Assembly: GCA_977016875.1 (NCBI GenBank)
Contig: CDRNST010000052.1
Location: 434,001-498,000, forward strand
DNA from: Pavona decussata
Taxonomy: Eukaryota
Reading direction: 5' to 3'
Length of the DNA stretch: 64,000 nt
Part shown: in pieces, positions 1 to 12,800 of the stretch
How positions within the stretch are numbered: position 1 is the stretch's first letter
Layout: each line of letters starts with the position of its first letter
The notes under the pieces: model-generated
Told to the model about the DNA's origin: nothing
The model's input: only the letters and a program-made list of their open reading frames with translations
Databases searched by the model: none
Position numbers and translations under genes: made by a program

Positions 1-11
1 TTATTTTTTAG

Positions 12-3000
12 GCTCGTGGTCCGAAGAAGCATTTAAAGCGCTTAAATGCTCCGCATCATTGGATGCTTGATAAGTTGTCTGGTACTTTTGTAAGTATGCC
101 TCTTATTGATTGTAGTATCTGCCTCTGTTATCTGACTAAATAGCTTAAAATCGGTTTTGCTTGACCATATCGTCGGCTGAGAATTAAGTTGTTTCCTGTC
201 GATGGGTTCTTATTCAATGTTGAATTCTGTGAATAAGACAATTATCAAGAAAGCTTACTAGAAACCGTTTCAGTGAGTCCCAAGTTGAAAATATGACTTG
301 GAACTAAGAATTGGGTTTATATGAACAAAATTTTCCCATCTGAAAGTTTTATTTCTTTAGTATTATTTACCTCCCTTGCCTGTTTACAATGTATTGAATT
401 GATACATCGTACAAAAAGGGAGGTAAATACTATGCTCTTGGTTGTATTTCTTAAAAACCTGCATGTTCAACTCAAATTCCCTGACACTCAAAATGGCTAA
501 ATTGAAAGTGGGGGACACACAGACATGCAATCACGAACATGAATACTCTTTTACTGCCTTTTATCTGTCTATTTGCATCAAAAATACACTTCGTAACCAG
601 TTATAAATTCACATTTTTGAGAGAAATGATCATAGTTTATCTGCTTTTGAAATGACTCAATATTTAGCTCCATTTTGTACTTTTACCACATCAGACAGCA
701 ATGGAAATGGTGCTATAAATTTATAAGCAAGTTATTTGTTACTATTCTTCTCTGGTTATCGCTGGTATAATAAAACAAACTTCTTGTCTTTGTTTTAGGC
801 ACCACGTCCGTCCACTGGTCCCCACAAGTTGCGAGAATGTTTGCCTCTCATTGTTTTCCTCAGGAATCGCCTCAAATATGCTTTGACATATGACGAGGTG
901 AAAAAGATTCTTAAGCAAAGGCTGATTAAGGTTGATGGCAAAGTCAGGACTGACATTACCTTTCCAGCTGGGTTCATGGGTAAGGGTTTGCTTGAGAGTA
1001 CAAGATATTTGTCGAAATGGTGTAGTTTTTATACTTTTAACCGTTGCCTAACATCACTGTAACAAGCCATAGCTTGGTATGTTCAAGAAAGTGAATTCAG
1101 GGCAAGAAACTTCCTTTCAATTTCGTCTTAGTAGTGTTCGTAGCAATGGCCAGTTTTGAAGTTCATAAAGAGACTGGGCCCTAGTTTACACAGCATTCAA
1201 ATTTAAGAAATGAACGCCATTGCCAAAAAGATCGCATAAAAATTAGTAAGTTTACCAAGTTTGGTTTTGTTTCATTGCATAGTAACCTGATTGTGACCAG
1301 TCAAAGGTCGCCCAAAGTCCATACAGATGTCTCTAATTCTGAGATGGCGTCCCCCAAATCCATACAATGTCTCTAATTTTTTCCGATTTTTGAAAGCCTT
1401 CTATATGGTTGCAATCTAACGACAGAACCCCAAACTAAGTAAAACTGACCAATTTTAATGTGACCTTTCTTATGATGGACTCCAATTTCGGATTAAATGA
1501 AAATTTAAAATCTCATCCCCAGTCTCCACTTGCACTTAGAACAGGTAATGGCCAGCAAGACATTCCTCCAGTATGCAACCTTTTTCAGATGGGAGGGGAG
1601 CCATAAAGGGCTAATTCAATAATGCACCATTGTGCCCTGATTGTTTTTGTTGTAGATGTCATCACCATCGACAAGACTGGTGAGAATTTCCGTCTGTTGT
1701 ATGACGTGAAAGGTCGCTTCACTGTTCACCGCGTCACCAACGAAGAAGCTAAGGTTAGTGTTGGAATACTGGTTACTTTGTCGCTAATAAAGATGAGCCC
1801 GAGTCTGACAATGGAAAGACTCATTCAACTAGCATGGTTCGTACAATCTTGAAAAGGTTTTGAATTTTAGTAGTCGTCTTGAAAAGTCCTTGAATTCGGT
1901 TAAGGTCCTTGAAAAGTACTTGATTTCTTTATTAGGTCTTGAAAAGTCCTTGAAATTTCGTAATTTGTTTATTCGGTATCACTTTTCTGAAAAATTTGAT
2001 TTTGCCGGGTAAATTTGTGCATTGACGACTAATAACTGGCGATAACAATGGGACAAATGGTTGGTATAACACATGTAAGAATACATGAAGCAAACTTTGA
2101 CCTTTGCCTCAATTTCATGTATGTCTCACCAGGTCATGTGGGTTTGTCCACCACATGCGTTTGTTTTCAGGGGCTATGTGATCGGTCATGTGTAGCGTTT
2201 TTTTAAGCGAGGTATTTTTGATTTTCCCTTCGTTTGCAATTTAAATGAGCAATCGGCAAATGTGTATTTAATCGTAAATGGTTAACTGGTGCAAAGTTAA
2301 GCTGAGTGAAAGGATTCAAAGGCGACAAACACAAGACCATATGTTGTGTTTGTAATGAAGAGATCAACATAGAAAGCATGGGAGAAAGAGCCTTGAAGTC
2401 TTACATGAAAGGAGAGAAACACAAAAAGAAACGCTGGAACTGGATATAGACTCACTTGTGAAGTCAACAAATGATTTGAGTGTCAAAGCTGAAGAAACTT
2501 GGCAGCTGACTCTTGCCAATAAGTCCAGTGCTCTTTAATAGAAAAGCAGCCAAAGATAGGACTATTCCACTGCAAGAAGTTGAGGACAAACTAAATGGAA
2601 AGTTGGAAGCTCTAAAAGGCTGCTGAAACATAAAAATTTTATCATATTTGTTGAACAATATTGTATTGCTGTATCTGCATTTCAAAATTTATTTCTGTAC
2701 CTCAGACGTAAGTGCAAGTAAAATAGCCGGTGGTTGATCATTTTACAGAATTTCATTACAGAGACTAACTTCACCAATCAAGGCTGAACTTTTTGAAAAC
2801 CGGAAATAAGTTATGACTGAATTGAGTGTTTTAGGTGTAAAAAGGGGACACAAATATTGATATACTGAATAAACATTGGTCCTTGAAAACTAGTTTTTCT
2901 CCTTGAAAAGTCCTTGAAAAGACCTTGAATTTTGTTTGTCTGAAGTTGTACGAACCATGACTAAGCCGTCTGTAGTCCATTTCAGCTTCTGTGATGCTTG

Positions 3001-5040
3001 TATGAATAATTGAAGGACTCAGTGCAAACAGGGCCTGTATGTGCAGTTTTAGGCCAAATTTTGAAATACATCCAATTTAAACAAAAATTGAACAAGTTAT
3101 CCAATTGTTACGCACTTGCTGTAACAATAATTTGTTTGTTGGTAGGCTGATTTCACTGCAGAAATGATTTAATTCTTCCTCATCAAATTTAGCCTAAAAA
3201 TGCATATATAGGCTCTTTCATTACTCAGCTCTTCAATAATTTTATTATTTCTTTGCATGTGCCAAAAAACAAATTCTCAAGAGGTAAAGATACAGTTCTT
3301 AAATCAAAATTAATCGGTCTGAAACTAGCAGTTAACAGGTGAAGCTGGTGGTAATGTGTGTGTTGTTTCTCCCTGGGGATGTTATTTTTCATTGGTATGG
3401 AGCAAGTGATGTTTAATAATTGCAGAAATTTGAAGTATGAATCAGCCCTGATTCTATTGTGTTACTACTGATGCTCCTTCATCTTAGTGTTTAACTTTTA
3501 TTGTAGCTATAGAGAGAGACTGATTAATCAGTTTACACTGGCATTGGTGCCACCGTGAACAGTACATTCTGAAAGATGTGCTGTTTGCTTCTTGTTAGTT
3601 TGTCATCGCTGGTTTGACAACCATGTCTCAGTGGGTCTTGTTTCTTTCTTTAATATATATTTCTAACATTCTTCTGTCTTGCCTTATAGTACAAGCTTGG
3701 TCAGGTGCGACGTGTTGCCACTGGTGCCAAGGGTATCCCCTACCTTGTCACACACGACGGTCGCACCATCCGCTATCCTGATCCCTTGATTGCTGTCCAG
3801 GATACTGTTGTCGTAGCGATCAAGACTGGCAAGATCATTGATTTCATCAAGTTTGACACTGGAAATCTTGCCATGGTTGTCGGTGGCCGTAACATGGGCC
3901 GAGTTGGTGTTGTCACTCACCGTGAAAGACATGCCGGTATGTTATACTGTTGCTTGGTTCACTACAATGCTGATACATAACATACGACCCGCCACCTTGA
4001 AAACAAGCCGACAAAGTGAAGTTTTGGCGGATGTAGCTCAAAGAAAAGCCATTGAAATCCTTTTGAATTCTGGCTAGATGTCCATGCAACAGAGCCAAAA
4101 AACTGTCAATTTTGCCAATGTTACCGCTCTGATGAAGGGCTAACGCTTGAAATGTCAGCACTCAAACCTCTACAGTGGCTAATTTACCTTTACTTAACGA
4201 CTCTGTGGATAAATCAAACATTCAAGACATTTTTACCAGCTGACAGTTGATTTCCAAGCCAGCTAAAGCTAAAAGAAAGGGCATTTTTTTGCAAGTTGTA
4301 AGACTTTTTAACTTCACTGCACATGATAGTTTGCAAAGTCAACGATGAACGCGAGTTAGCATATTTTCATGTGCAATGAAAAGATTTCATTAAAAATATG
4401 GTATGCACTAAATGACACCTTTAGCTTGAACTGCCTCAGAAATCAATTTGAATAACATTTTGTCGTAGCTGGTTAAATTGTCAATTCTTTTGGCCCTGTT
4501 GCCTTGAAATCTTGTCAGAATTCAAAATAGCTTTAGTGGGTTTGTTTGATTGACAGCGGCCAAAACCCAACTTTATCCCACTCTTTTGAAGGCAGTAGGT
4601 TCCATGTTAGGGGTAACCACTGTAATTAAAAAGAACTCAAATATTTTGTGATCTTGCCTAAGTTATTTAGTAAACCTTGAACACATGGCATTGAGTAATT
4701 TATTTGAATTGTGCATGTTTCTTCATCCTCCTTGTTGAAAGAAGTGGTTTTCACGAGGAGGGCAAAAAATAATAGGCTTTGATGATGTTGAGGTGGCTCC
4801 AAGTGAAGAGTTGGTTGAACATTGAAATTTCATTGTTTGTGGATTTCAGGTTCATTTGACATTGTTCATGTCAAAGACAACACAGGTCACCAGTTTGCCA
4901 CGCGAATCAGTAACATCTTTATCATTGGCAAGACAAACAAGCCTCACGTGAGCCTCCCCAAGGGTAAAGGAATCAGGCTCACTATTGCTGAGGAGCGAGA
5001 CAGAAGGCTGCAAGAGAAGGCCAAAATGAGCTCCATGTAA
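12..5040 (+). CDS. RPS4: 40S ribosomal protein S4 (eS4); exons 12-89, 799-979, 1656-1753, 3690-3936, 4850-5040; ATG exon lies upstream of the window
   Basis: Translates [21 protein letters not shown]...[11 protein letters not shown]...[12 protein letters not shown]...[14 protein letters not shown]. All introns are GT-AG with matching phases; 795 nt plus ATG gives 265 aa. ATTAAA at 5061. Confidence 0.98.
1833..2959 (+). mobile_element. Internally deleted DNA transposon (hAT5-like) in RPS4 intron
   Basis: 14-bp TIR CATGGTTCGTACAA/TTGTACGAACCATG; 5-bp flanks ACTAG/ACTAA; subterminal (C)CTTGAAAAG repeats at both ends; decayed N-terminal Zn-finger fragment ([10 protein letters not shown]...[27 protein letters not shown]) near 2255-2430. 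Confidence 0.8.
3007..3243. mobile_element. Degenerate MITE-like inverted repeat
   Basis: ~55-bp imperfect arms AATAATTGAAG...TTTTAGGCCAAATTT and AAATTTAGCCTAAAA...CTTCAATAATT. Confidence 0.5.
3399..3477 (+). ncRNA. Candidate intronic box C/D snoRNA
   Basis: 6-bp terminal stem GGAGCA/TGCTCC, box C-like GTGATGT at 3406, box D CTGA at 3468-3471, internal TTGA/CTGA; 79 nt; sense strand of a ribosomal protein gene intron. Confidence 0.55.
4126..4225 (+). mobile_element. Penelope-like terminal-repeat fragment with minimal type I hammerhead ribozyme motif (4126-4159)
   Basis: GCT-CTGATGA-A-GGGC-TAAC-GCTT-GAAA-T-GTC-AGC: stem I GCT/AGC, conserved CUGAUGA and GAAA boxes, stem II, GUC triplet. Confidence 0.7.
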
Positions 5041-5431
5041 ATGACACAGAAGGACCAGTAATTAAAGTTCAGAATTACAGCATTTTGCATGATGCGTGTT
5101 GTTTCGTTTACCTTCATTTAAATGATTTGAAATCCTCAAGACACCCAAGGCCAGGAAGTCTCCTACATCACGTCACGCACTCCTCCGTGGATGAATGCAT
5201 GGCGTGACTAGCCAAAGAATGTGTAGGTAGGAGGCTAAAGGCCAGGTAGTTTACTGAGGCAAAAGAAAGTTAAAACAGGCCAATTTAATCTGCATGGAAA
5301 GCTGGTTGTTCACCTGTTTTGCTCTCCCTTTCTCTGACTGTCTTCCCCTGGATGGAACCCTTTTAGCAGGGGTTTCTTCGTCACCCAATCTATCAGCAAG
5401 CAGTTGGGGCAAGTAATTCATGGTAACATAC

Positions 5432-5495
5432 CATATAGTCACCCACATAGCCCTAACCCTTCATATAGTCACCCAACCCTCTATATAGTCACCCT
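5432..5495. repeat. Short imperfect tandem repeat (ATATAGTCACCC x3)
   Basis: Motif ATATAGTCACCC at ~5433, 5463 and 5484. Confidence 0.6.
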
Positions 5496-6536
5496 TACCT
5501 TACCATAAATTATATGCCCAGTTGGGAAAGGGGGAGAATTTTCTGCAGAGGACTGTTTGATTTCCTATGAGACCAACTCCATAAAATGTTTTGCTTGCCA
5601 TCGCCTCGGTTAAAAAAGAAAGATTTTTGTTTACCCAGCTCATAGTTAGTCCCCTCTACTAACTATGCCCAGCTGAATTTGATTGTCTTCGCAATGATTG
5701 TCATGTATACAGCAAGTGGTTTAATATCACTCTTAAAAAGCATTGTCAGGGCAGTGATACAGACGACTGGTTCATACAAAGTACGTGGAAACTTCGAAGT
5801 GACAATGCATCGAAGTTGTGTTTGTCTGGAGATGGGAAGCAAAACATTCCATGGCCTCACGCATGTCATACATTTACAATGCGCCACGTGGAAACACGAC
5901 TGAATTACAGGATATCCCTCAACTCTGCGGCATATCTGTAATATCCACTGACTTTTTCAGTGAATTAGGTAGAGCCAGACGCACGGTCAGTGTTGGTAGA
6001 GTTCCGAGTTTTTTTTAAGCAACGATTGCATAAGGAAGATTTCTCTAAACAATGAAAACCGGAGATCTGTACAGAAAGGACTATGTGCAAAGTCTTCAGT
6101 GGCCTAAAGGCTACTGGCTATACTAACTTAACAGTCCGACCATGGATGGTAAATAACTTTTTCTACCGCTGCAATGTTATAAGGAAATCACCACAGGCTG
6201 TTAGTAGCAAGCCATGTAACATCAGTTCATTTCTGTTCTAGTTAATGTTACTACCTCAAGAAGCGAAATAACGGATGCTATCCCCGGGTCAGATTCACAA
6301 AGCCATCCTATTTAATTTGCCTTGCTCTACTTTGGAGGGAATTTTCCATAGCCCCCCTAAAACCTACCACCGAAAAATCGTGACATTGGTTGGATCCGCG
6401 CAACAATAATAAAAAATGCGAGAGTCCTGGAGACGAGAATGGAGCTTAGGGGTGGAGAGAGGTTGTCAGTTGCGCGTGTTGGTCGCTCGCGCACAAGCGC
6501 GCGCAAACTGCGATTATTACGTCAGATACGTTGACT

Positions 6537-9140
6537 ATGTCGTCATGTAAATGTAACGTCTCTTCAACAAACACTAGCAAACAGTCAGTTGTGCTCCGCC
6601 AAGGAAACCTTGAGGACATGGAAAATTCTATAGAGAGGTTTTTTAAAGGGTTCTCGCTCGAGGGCTACAGGCTGCAAGTTCTTATGAACAAGCTAGAGAA
6701 GGAGAAGAAACAATGCCTTAATCGACTGCGAGAAGAAACGCACGTATTCAAAATGTCCGTAAAGCCGCTGGTGAAATGTGGAGAACAGTACAGTCAGTAT
6801 GGGGAAAGATTTCATGCGAACGGAGACAAGAGAGAAACGAGTTGGATCACGCATGTTAATATGGAGCACAATGAGGAAGGTTGGTTTCTTTTCAGTATCG
6901 CTTTTTCTACCAAAAACTTCTTAAACGTTTTTGCCTGGAATTCATTGTTACCGCACCTGATCAATTCTGAGAGTGTTTTGCCGCACTTTCAATTTTGAAA
7001 TCACTTCACTTTATTCAAGTGTCTTGGAGTGCTAATTGACGTAATTGAGGTCATCTGAGCACCAGAAGTTGTTCTGGCGCCCTTCTTATTAACTATGCCT
7101 CTTCATACCTCTGCAAGTTTATTTAAATATTCAAAAAATTAGCAAAAACAGAGAGACTGGCCCGCAGGTAGCGAGAGCTAATCTAGGTGGGCCAGACTTA
7201 CAACAAAATAAATATTATTACAGTTATTACAATCAAAGACAGAACAAATAGAATTTAGGGAAGGTAGAGAAATCACGGGTAACACACACAAAAAAGGGGG
7301 GGGGGGTGGAAGTCGAAAATTAACGAAAAACAAAAATTAACGAGTTGAAACTAATTTGCGAGACCCATTTTCTGTACTGTGATAGGCGTTTCAATACAGT
7401 CATTTTCATTTACCAAAATATCGAGGAGAGACCGGCGAACTCAGTTGCAACACAAAATTCCACAACAGAACAGAATGAAATGAGGGGTGCGCGGGGGGAG
7501 TTCCCCACAAACCTCAATCTTGTTCTTGATAGAGTTGCACTAAATCTGCGGAGCTGTCAAGTTTAAACATAAACAATTCTGATAGACGTATTTTTTCAGT
7601 CAGGGCGCAAGTTCGACCCTGTTTTAGGGAGGCGGATTTTCTTTTTCGAGTACGCTTTCAGTAGTCACTGGCTGAAAAAATAAGTCATCGTTTATTCACC
7701 AGGCTAAAAACATCACATCACACTTCTTTTAATGCACATAAATAATTTCGTTGTACTGATAATTAACTTTCACACTTTGTTCATCAGAAAATTTGAAAAC
7801 AGACACAGCCTTCCAAGACGCAACCACCTCTAGCAACTCGCAGAAACCTTCAAGTCGGAATATTCAAATACCATCAGAGTCATTACATCTTCGCGGTGGA
7901 TCGAACCAAGCTCTCCAAGGTTCAAGCCACTTGCAACGAAACAGAGAGAGAAACAATAACGGGAAACAAGATTCCAAGAAGAAAACCAAACCATCCGACT
8001 TAACTTTGTTGGAAATATTATGCGCCGATTTTGAGAACGGCACGGCATTACTATCGAAGAGAACAGGCGTTCCAACTGATGTTGGTGACAAAACTGGCTC
8101 ACTTAATTTGGGTCAGGGGCGTTTTAAGAAAGCGGGTCAAATAACCGAACATGAAAACAAACCCGTTCGTTTGGACAGCGATGAAAGTCTGAAGCTTAAA
8201 GGAAATGTGGAAAGGGCTGCGCAGTCTCGCTCAAGCAAAAATCTTCTTGAAACCATCAGATGTGGAGATGGTGATACTACAGACAATCAAAACAGTTGTA
8301 TTAGCAGATTAAAAACAGTTAGTTCTGAAGGGGTGAGCTCCGATAATTCATCCACCGAGTCGCGCATCAGTGAGTGGTGTTTAAGCTCTCAGGAGACCGC
8401 TCCATTGCGAGAAAGATTTGCGCAAACTGTCAGTTGGACTTCTGAAGAGCCTATAGACAGATGCGAACTCGGAGAAGACGAAACAAGTTTGCAAACGGTT
8501 AGCCAACTAAGCAAGAAAACTAGACTACCAGAAAAGCTAACTGTGCTTTCAGCTTCCTCAGATGACCCGGCTAGAAAGAACGAGAAATCCATCCTCTCTA
8601 GCCGTACTGGTTTGTCTGAAAGAGACCGGGATTCACAAACATCACAGAATTACAGATTTGTGCATTTTAAAGAAGGACGTAAACCAGCGAGACGAAAGGG
8701 TAAGAAAGAAAACTGCGTTGATCGAAGTAAAGACAAGGAAAAACTAAACAGGACACGAAGCTCAGGAGTAAAGCTGTTTCAAGTGGAGGGACTTCAAAGC
8801 TCTCAGAAAAGAAAATCTCAGGTGAGACCTCCAAGCCGAGGTGTAAGATAATGGTACCTACGGGGCACTGGTTTGGTCCGTAACCAATTTCTCGTTTTGC
8901 CATTAGGAAGAGGTCGACAAAGAGACGAGGCAGAAAATGGATCAATTCTTTGCTAAAGTTGAACGTACAAAATGTCTTCAAACAACAAAACAAAGGTGGA
9001 GGTGTAGTAGCGGCGTGGATCTTAGCACGAGAAGAAGCGAGAGAAAAAGTCTTGTAGAACCGGGAAAATGTATTAATGTCGGCAAGAAGGAACACGGTTA
9101 CCGCAGAGCACAGCCTTGGCCAACACAAGTTTGGAGTTAA
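6537..9140 (+). CDS. Uncharacterised ~536-aa protein (N-terminal coiled-coil, Ser/Lys/Arg-rich disordered middle); exons 6537-6879, 7788-8821, 8907-9140
   Basis: Three ORF segments join in frame via G|GTTGGT...CATCAG (phase 1) and CAG|GTGAGA...CATTAG (phase 0); 1034-nt stop-free middle exon. An alternative in-frame donor exists at 8843. Confidence 0.75.
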
Positions 9141-9838
9141 AGTGGAGGATAGTCGGTTCCAGAATATTAAAACTTAATGTCGTGTGACTAGTGTATTCTG
9201 TGGAATTTCGAGATTTGTTGCAATATAAGACTAAGTTGTCGTGAGGTGGGTCAGCTTGGTTTTTTAAAAGTACTGAATAATTTTCATCCAAGCGAAGAAC
9301 CGTTGGCTTTATCATAAGAGTTCGGTTGCTTTCAAGACATTAGTTTCAACACGGAATTCAGATTTTAACTTAGATCGATTTTATAAATACGTGCATTCCT
9401 GTAAATTCTTTCGGACCTACGTTTTTTAGTTGGATGCCAAGCAAGCAAAAACGACTTAAACAAGAGAACTGACAAACTTTATTGAACATCTAATCTCAGA
9501 TTCGCGTTAATCATCCTTGCACAAGGCCACGCAGTATTCATTCATTTCTACTGCTGGCCCTGAAACACGCTCAGCCAATCAAAACCCAAAACCACTCGCA
9601 CTTCCCTTATGATAATTTTCCCGCGCTTGGCACCGGTTGCATGCAGGCTGGCTATCCACCGTTCCGAGTTCTGATTGCCTCGTTGTGATTGAGACCAGTT
9701 TAGCGACAATCATTAGAAAGTAACAAAGCTGCTCTACTAATACAACAAATGACTCGAACAGTAACTTCACAATATTTATTTGTTCCAAGAGACGGAATAT
9801 TAAATAGACAGTAGGAAAATATTAGATAACCAGAGCTG

Positions 9839-12800
9839 TCATCTTTTTCTCTCTTTCCTCCATCTGTAAACGGGAGCAGATTTGTCGTCTGTCTGAACCT
9901 TGACTCGTCTTCCCTTGCCCTGCAAAACAACAACAGCACACTAGAAATCTTCCACTTGAGTACCTTGCTCATGACTCACGAGGAACGGTTCGTTTTCTCA
10001 ATTTTAGAACGATTTTGACAAAACTCTTACTAGCAAAAACCCGTGACATAAATAAACTCCCTTTAACCGAATTAGCAAAAAACATTGCTCCGCGATCCAT
10101 TAATCTGTTGCAAGCGGTTAAAATTCACAGGTTTAGGCATTCCAAAAAAAAAAAAATGCCAGTTTGTGACTAAAATGGACCGCGGACACCCTATTTAAAA
10201 CTTTCCCAGGCTCAGAGTTCGTCAGTTTTGTTTGCAAACAGAAAGTGCAAAAACAGAACAAATCAATACCACATACCATAAGATGCTTTTGAAGCTGCAG
10301 CTCTTCGGAAACCGTTTTCATTTTCTTTTCTCGTTCGATCCTTTCCCTTAATTCTTCATAGCAACGGTGCCTTTGTTTCTCAAGTTTCTGTAATTCAAGC
10401 AAGGTCAAGAAGTGATAAGATTGGACAAGAGGAAGATTAAAAAATTGTACATTAGGGTCATTGATGCGAAACTGAAAGTATAAGTGGAATTTAACATCAG
10501 ACGCAAGATTTGCGAGGATACATTCCCACCAGTGCTGTATACATATAGCCTGCGTACGTAGCAGATGTGGTGGGGTGAGGTTGGGGAGCGGGGAGTGAAC
10601 AAGTGGGAGAAAAGAGAAAAGAACCCCATTTTCCCCCACTTTTCTGTCTCCCCTCCCCTCCCCCCTCCCTACTTAAAAAAAAATACGCCAGCAGGCTACA
10701 TACACCAGGCACTGAAAGCGCTTTTGTTAAGGTATTTCCAATTTCTTTGAGAAGTGACTTTTATTAATCGGAACGGTTACGACATCTGTTTCCATCCAAG
10801 ACGACTTTATTTCCCGGTCATTGTGGCATGGGCCGACGTTTAGACAAACCATGTTATGCCTCACCCAACCTTACTCTTTCTCTCATTCAGATGTGGGTAT
10901 CACAAAACTTCCACGGCAGACCTAACTGCTTACATCAGACAATTAAAAAGTGATTTTGGCAGTTTTGGCTGACACTATGTTTCATGCAACTTGCCCAAGA
11001 AGTCAGCCTGTTAGTAATCACTGTACCTTAATAGTGTGAACATCTGGAGCTTGTATTAATTGATTCCTGAGAGTTTCTTTCTTGGGTCTGTTGTACGTTC
11101 TTGACACCAGTTCCCGTACAGTATCAAAGTGAGCTGCTGCATCAAATGACTGGGCTGAGAAAGAAGAGGTATAAAGTTATAGCAAAATATACCAGAGCTA
11201 CACTGATTCCAGACTCCAGAATGCTAACCATTGAGCCAATGCAAGACCCCCCACCGCTTATTCAGTGTCCTGAAACCCTATATGCCCCCTCCCTCCCCCC
11301 CTCCCCTCCCCTGGAAAGGCTAATAATCATATACCAAGTCTATTATGTTGCTCTATTGTCAGCTCTGTTGTGTTGCTGTCATTTACCAAGTTCAGAAATG
11401 ATTGTCATTTTACTCTGTTCTTTTTGACACAAGTTAGGTCTTGGTAGTTGCCAACAAAGGACAGACAAGGCTTTTATGCTACCTTCTCTATAACAATGGG
11501 TTGTGTAATGTTGCAGGCAAAGTTGAACCAGTATTCAACACAGGTTGAAATGTTTACTTGGTATTCATATCCTGGTGAGTACTCAAAATTCTTTATTTCA
11601 TTGTGGGGGTTGCGTGTAGAGTAATGTGAGGAGAGGGGAGGGTGGGTGTGAAGGTCACAGTAAGGGTTTGAATTAGGGTTAGTTTGAGGTTAGCTTTAAT
11701 AGAGCCAGGGTTATCCCTCCCCTCCAAACTGCACCCTATCTTTAAACTTAAGCTGACAACTGATCTAAATTAAACTAAGTTGAGTACTGCAGATCACCAA
11801 TTCAACCTTTATTAATGTGTTTGACCTGAAAAACTTTATTCCACCCGCGACAGCAAACATCCTAGCACTAATAAGACCATATTCTGCATGTTGAAATTAC
11901 GTATTTAAAGCTACAGCTAAAGCTAAAGTTTGCAGTTGGGTGGAAAAAAGACAAGCTACAAATAAGTGCACTCAGTATAATAATTGCATAAATTACATAA
12001 GAATGACCACATTCCTAGGCACATATACAGTGTAACACACTACAAATAATGTTAACCAACCTTCTCTTTCACTATCAACAAAAATAATATGCTGATTTGA
12101 AGGATGGGAATCATCTTCAGCTCCTAATAAATGCAGGCTTGATTGGAGCTTCTCTATTTTCTGTTTCAAGAAAATGGAATAATGTTTCAATGTACAAAAA
12201 TAAGAAGGATACCTCTTGACAATGATTTGAAATCCTAGAGTGGGTTTTGTGAAAAACAAACAAATAAACAAACAAACAAACAAAACAACAGGGAACTGCC
12301 CAGGGCTCTGTTTTCCAACAGACTGATTATTAAAGTACTTAATTTAATACTGCATCAAAAGAAATTATATGTTGTATTCTATAAAGAACAGGAAAGCATT
12401 CTAACCAGTGTACAAGAATGGCTTGCAAGCTCTTTCTACAAAGAGTAAAGGTGGGTATAAAATTCCTTGTGCCTAAAATTCATGCTACAAGTCATATTTA
12501 CTAAATATATCAGGATCTAGGTGAACAAACAAGTCTCATGTTTTATATTTCACAGGTTGTGGCACAGTTAATGTACAGCTACATGTACCAATCACACGCA
12601 TTTTATAACCTTTGCTTCCATTGATCTTTTGGAATTTATATAGTTAAGATCTTGGGTTTTCATGAGTTTCAAGGCATCAGCTGTGTGCTTCTTTGTTCTC
12701 TTGATGGTGTGAACTCCATCCTTAAATAGAAGGAAAAAAAAAAAACAATGTTTGTTCTTTAGTTTAATTTAATTATCAGTGTTCCAGATAAGAAAGGGGG

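Noticed and set aside
3415-3445. Resemblance to a 5.8S rRNA segment (AATTGCAGAA)
   Set aside because: Only ~10 nt match with no flanking rRNA similarity; consistent with chance.
4780-4826. Second C/D snoRNA (TGATGA at ~4780)
   Set aside because: No CTGA box D or terminal stem, and it abuts the 3' splice site.
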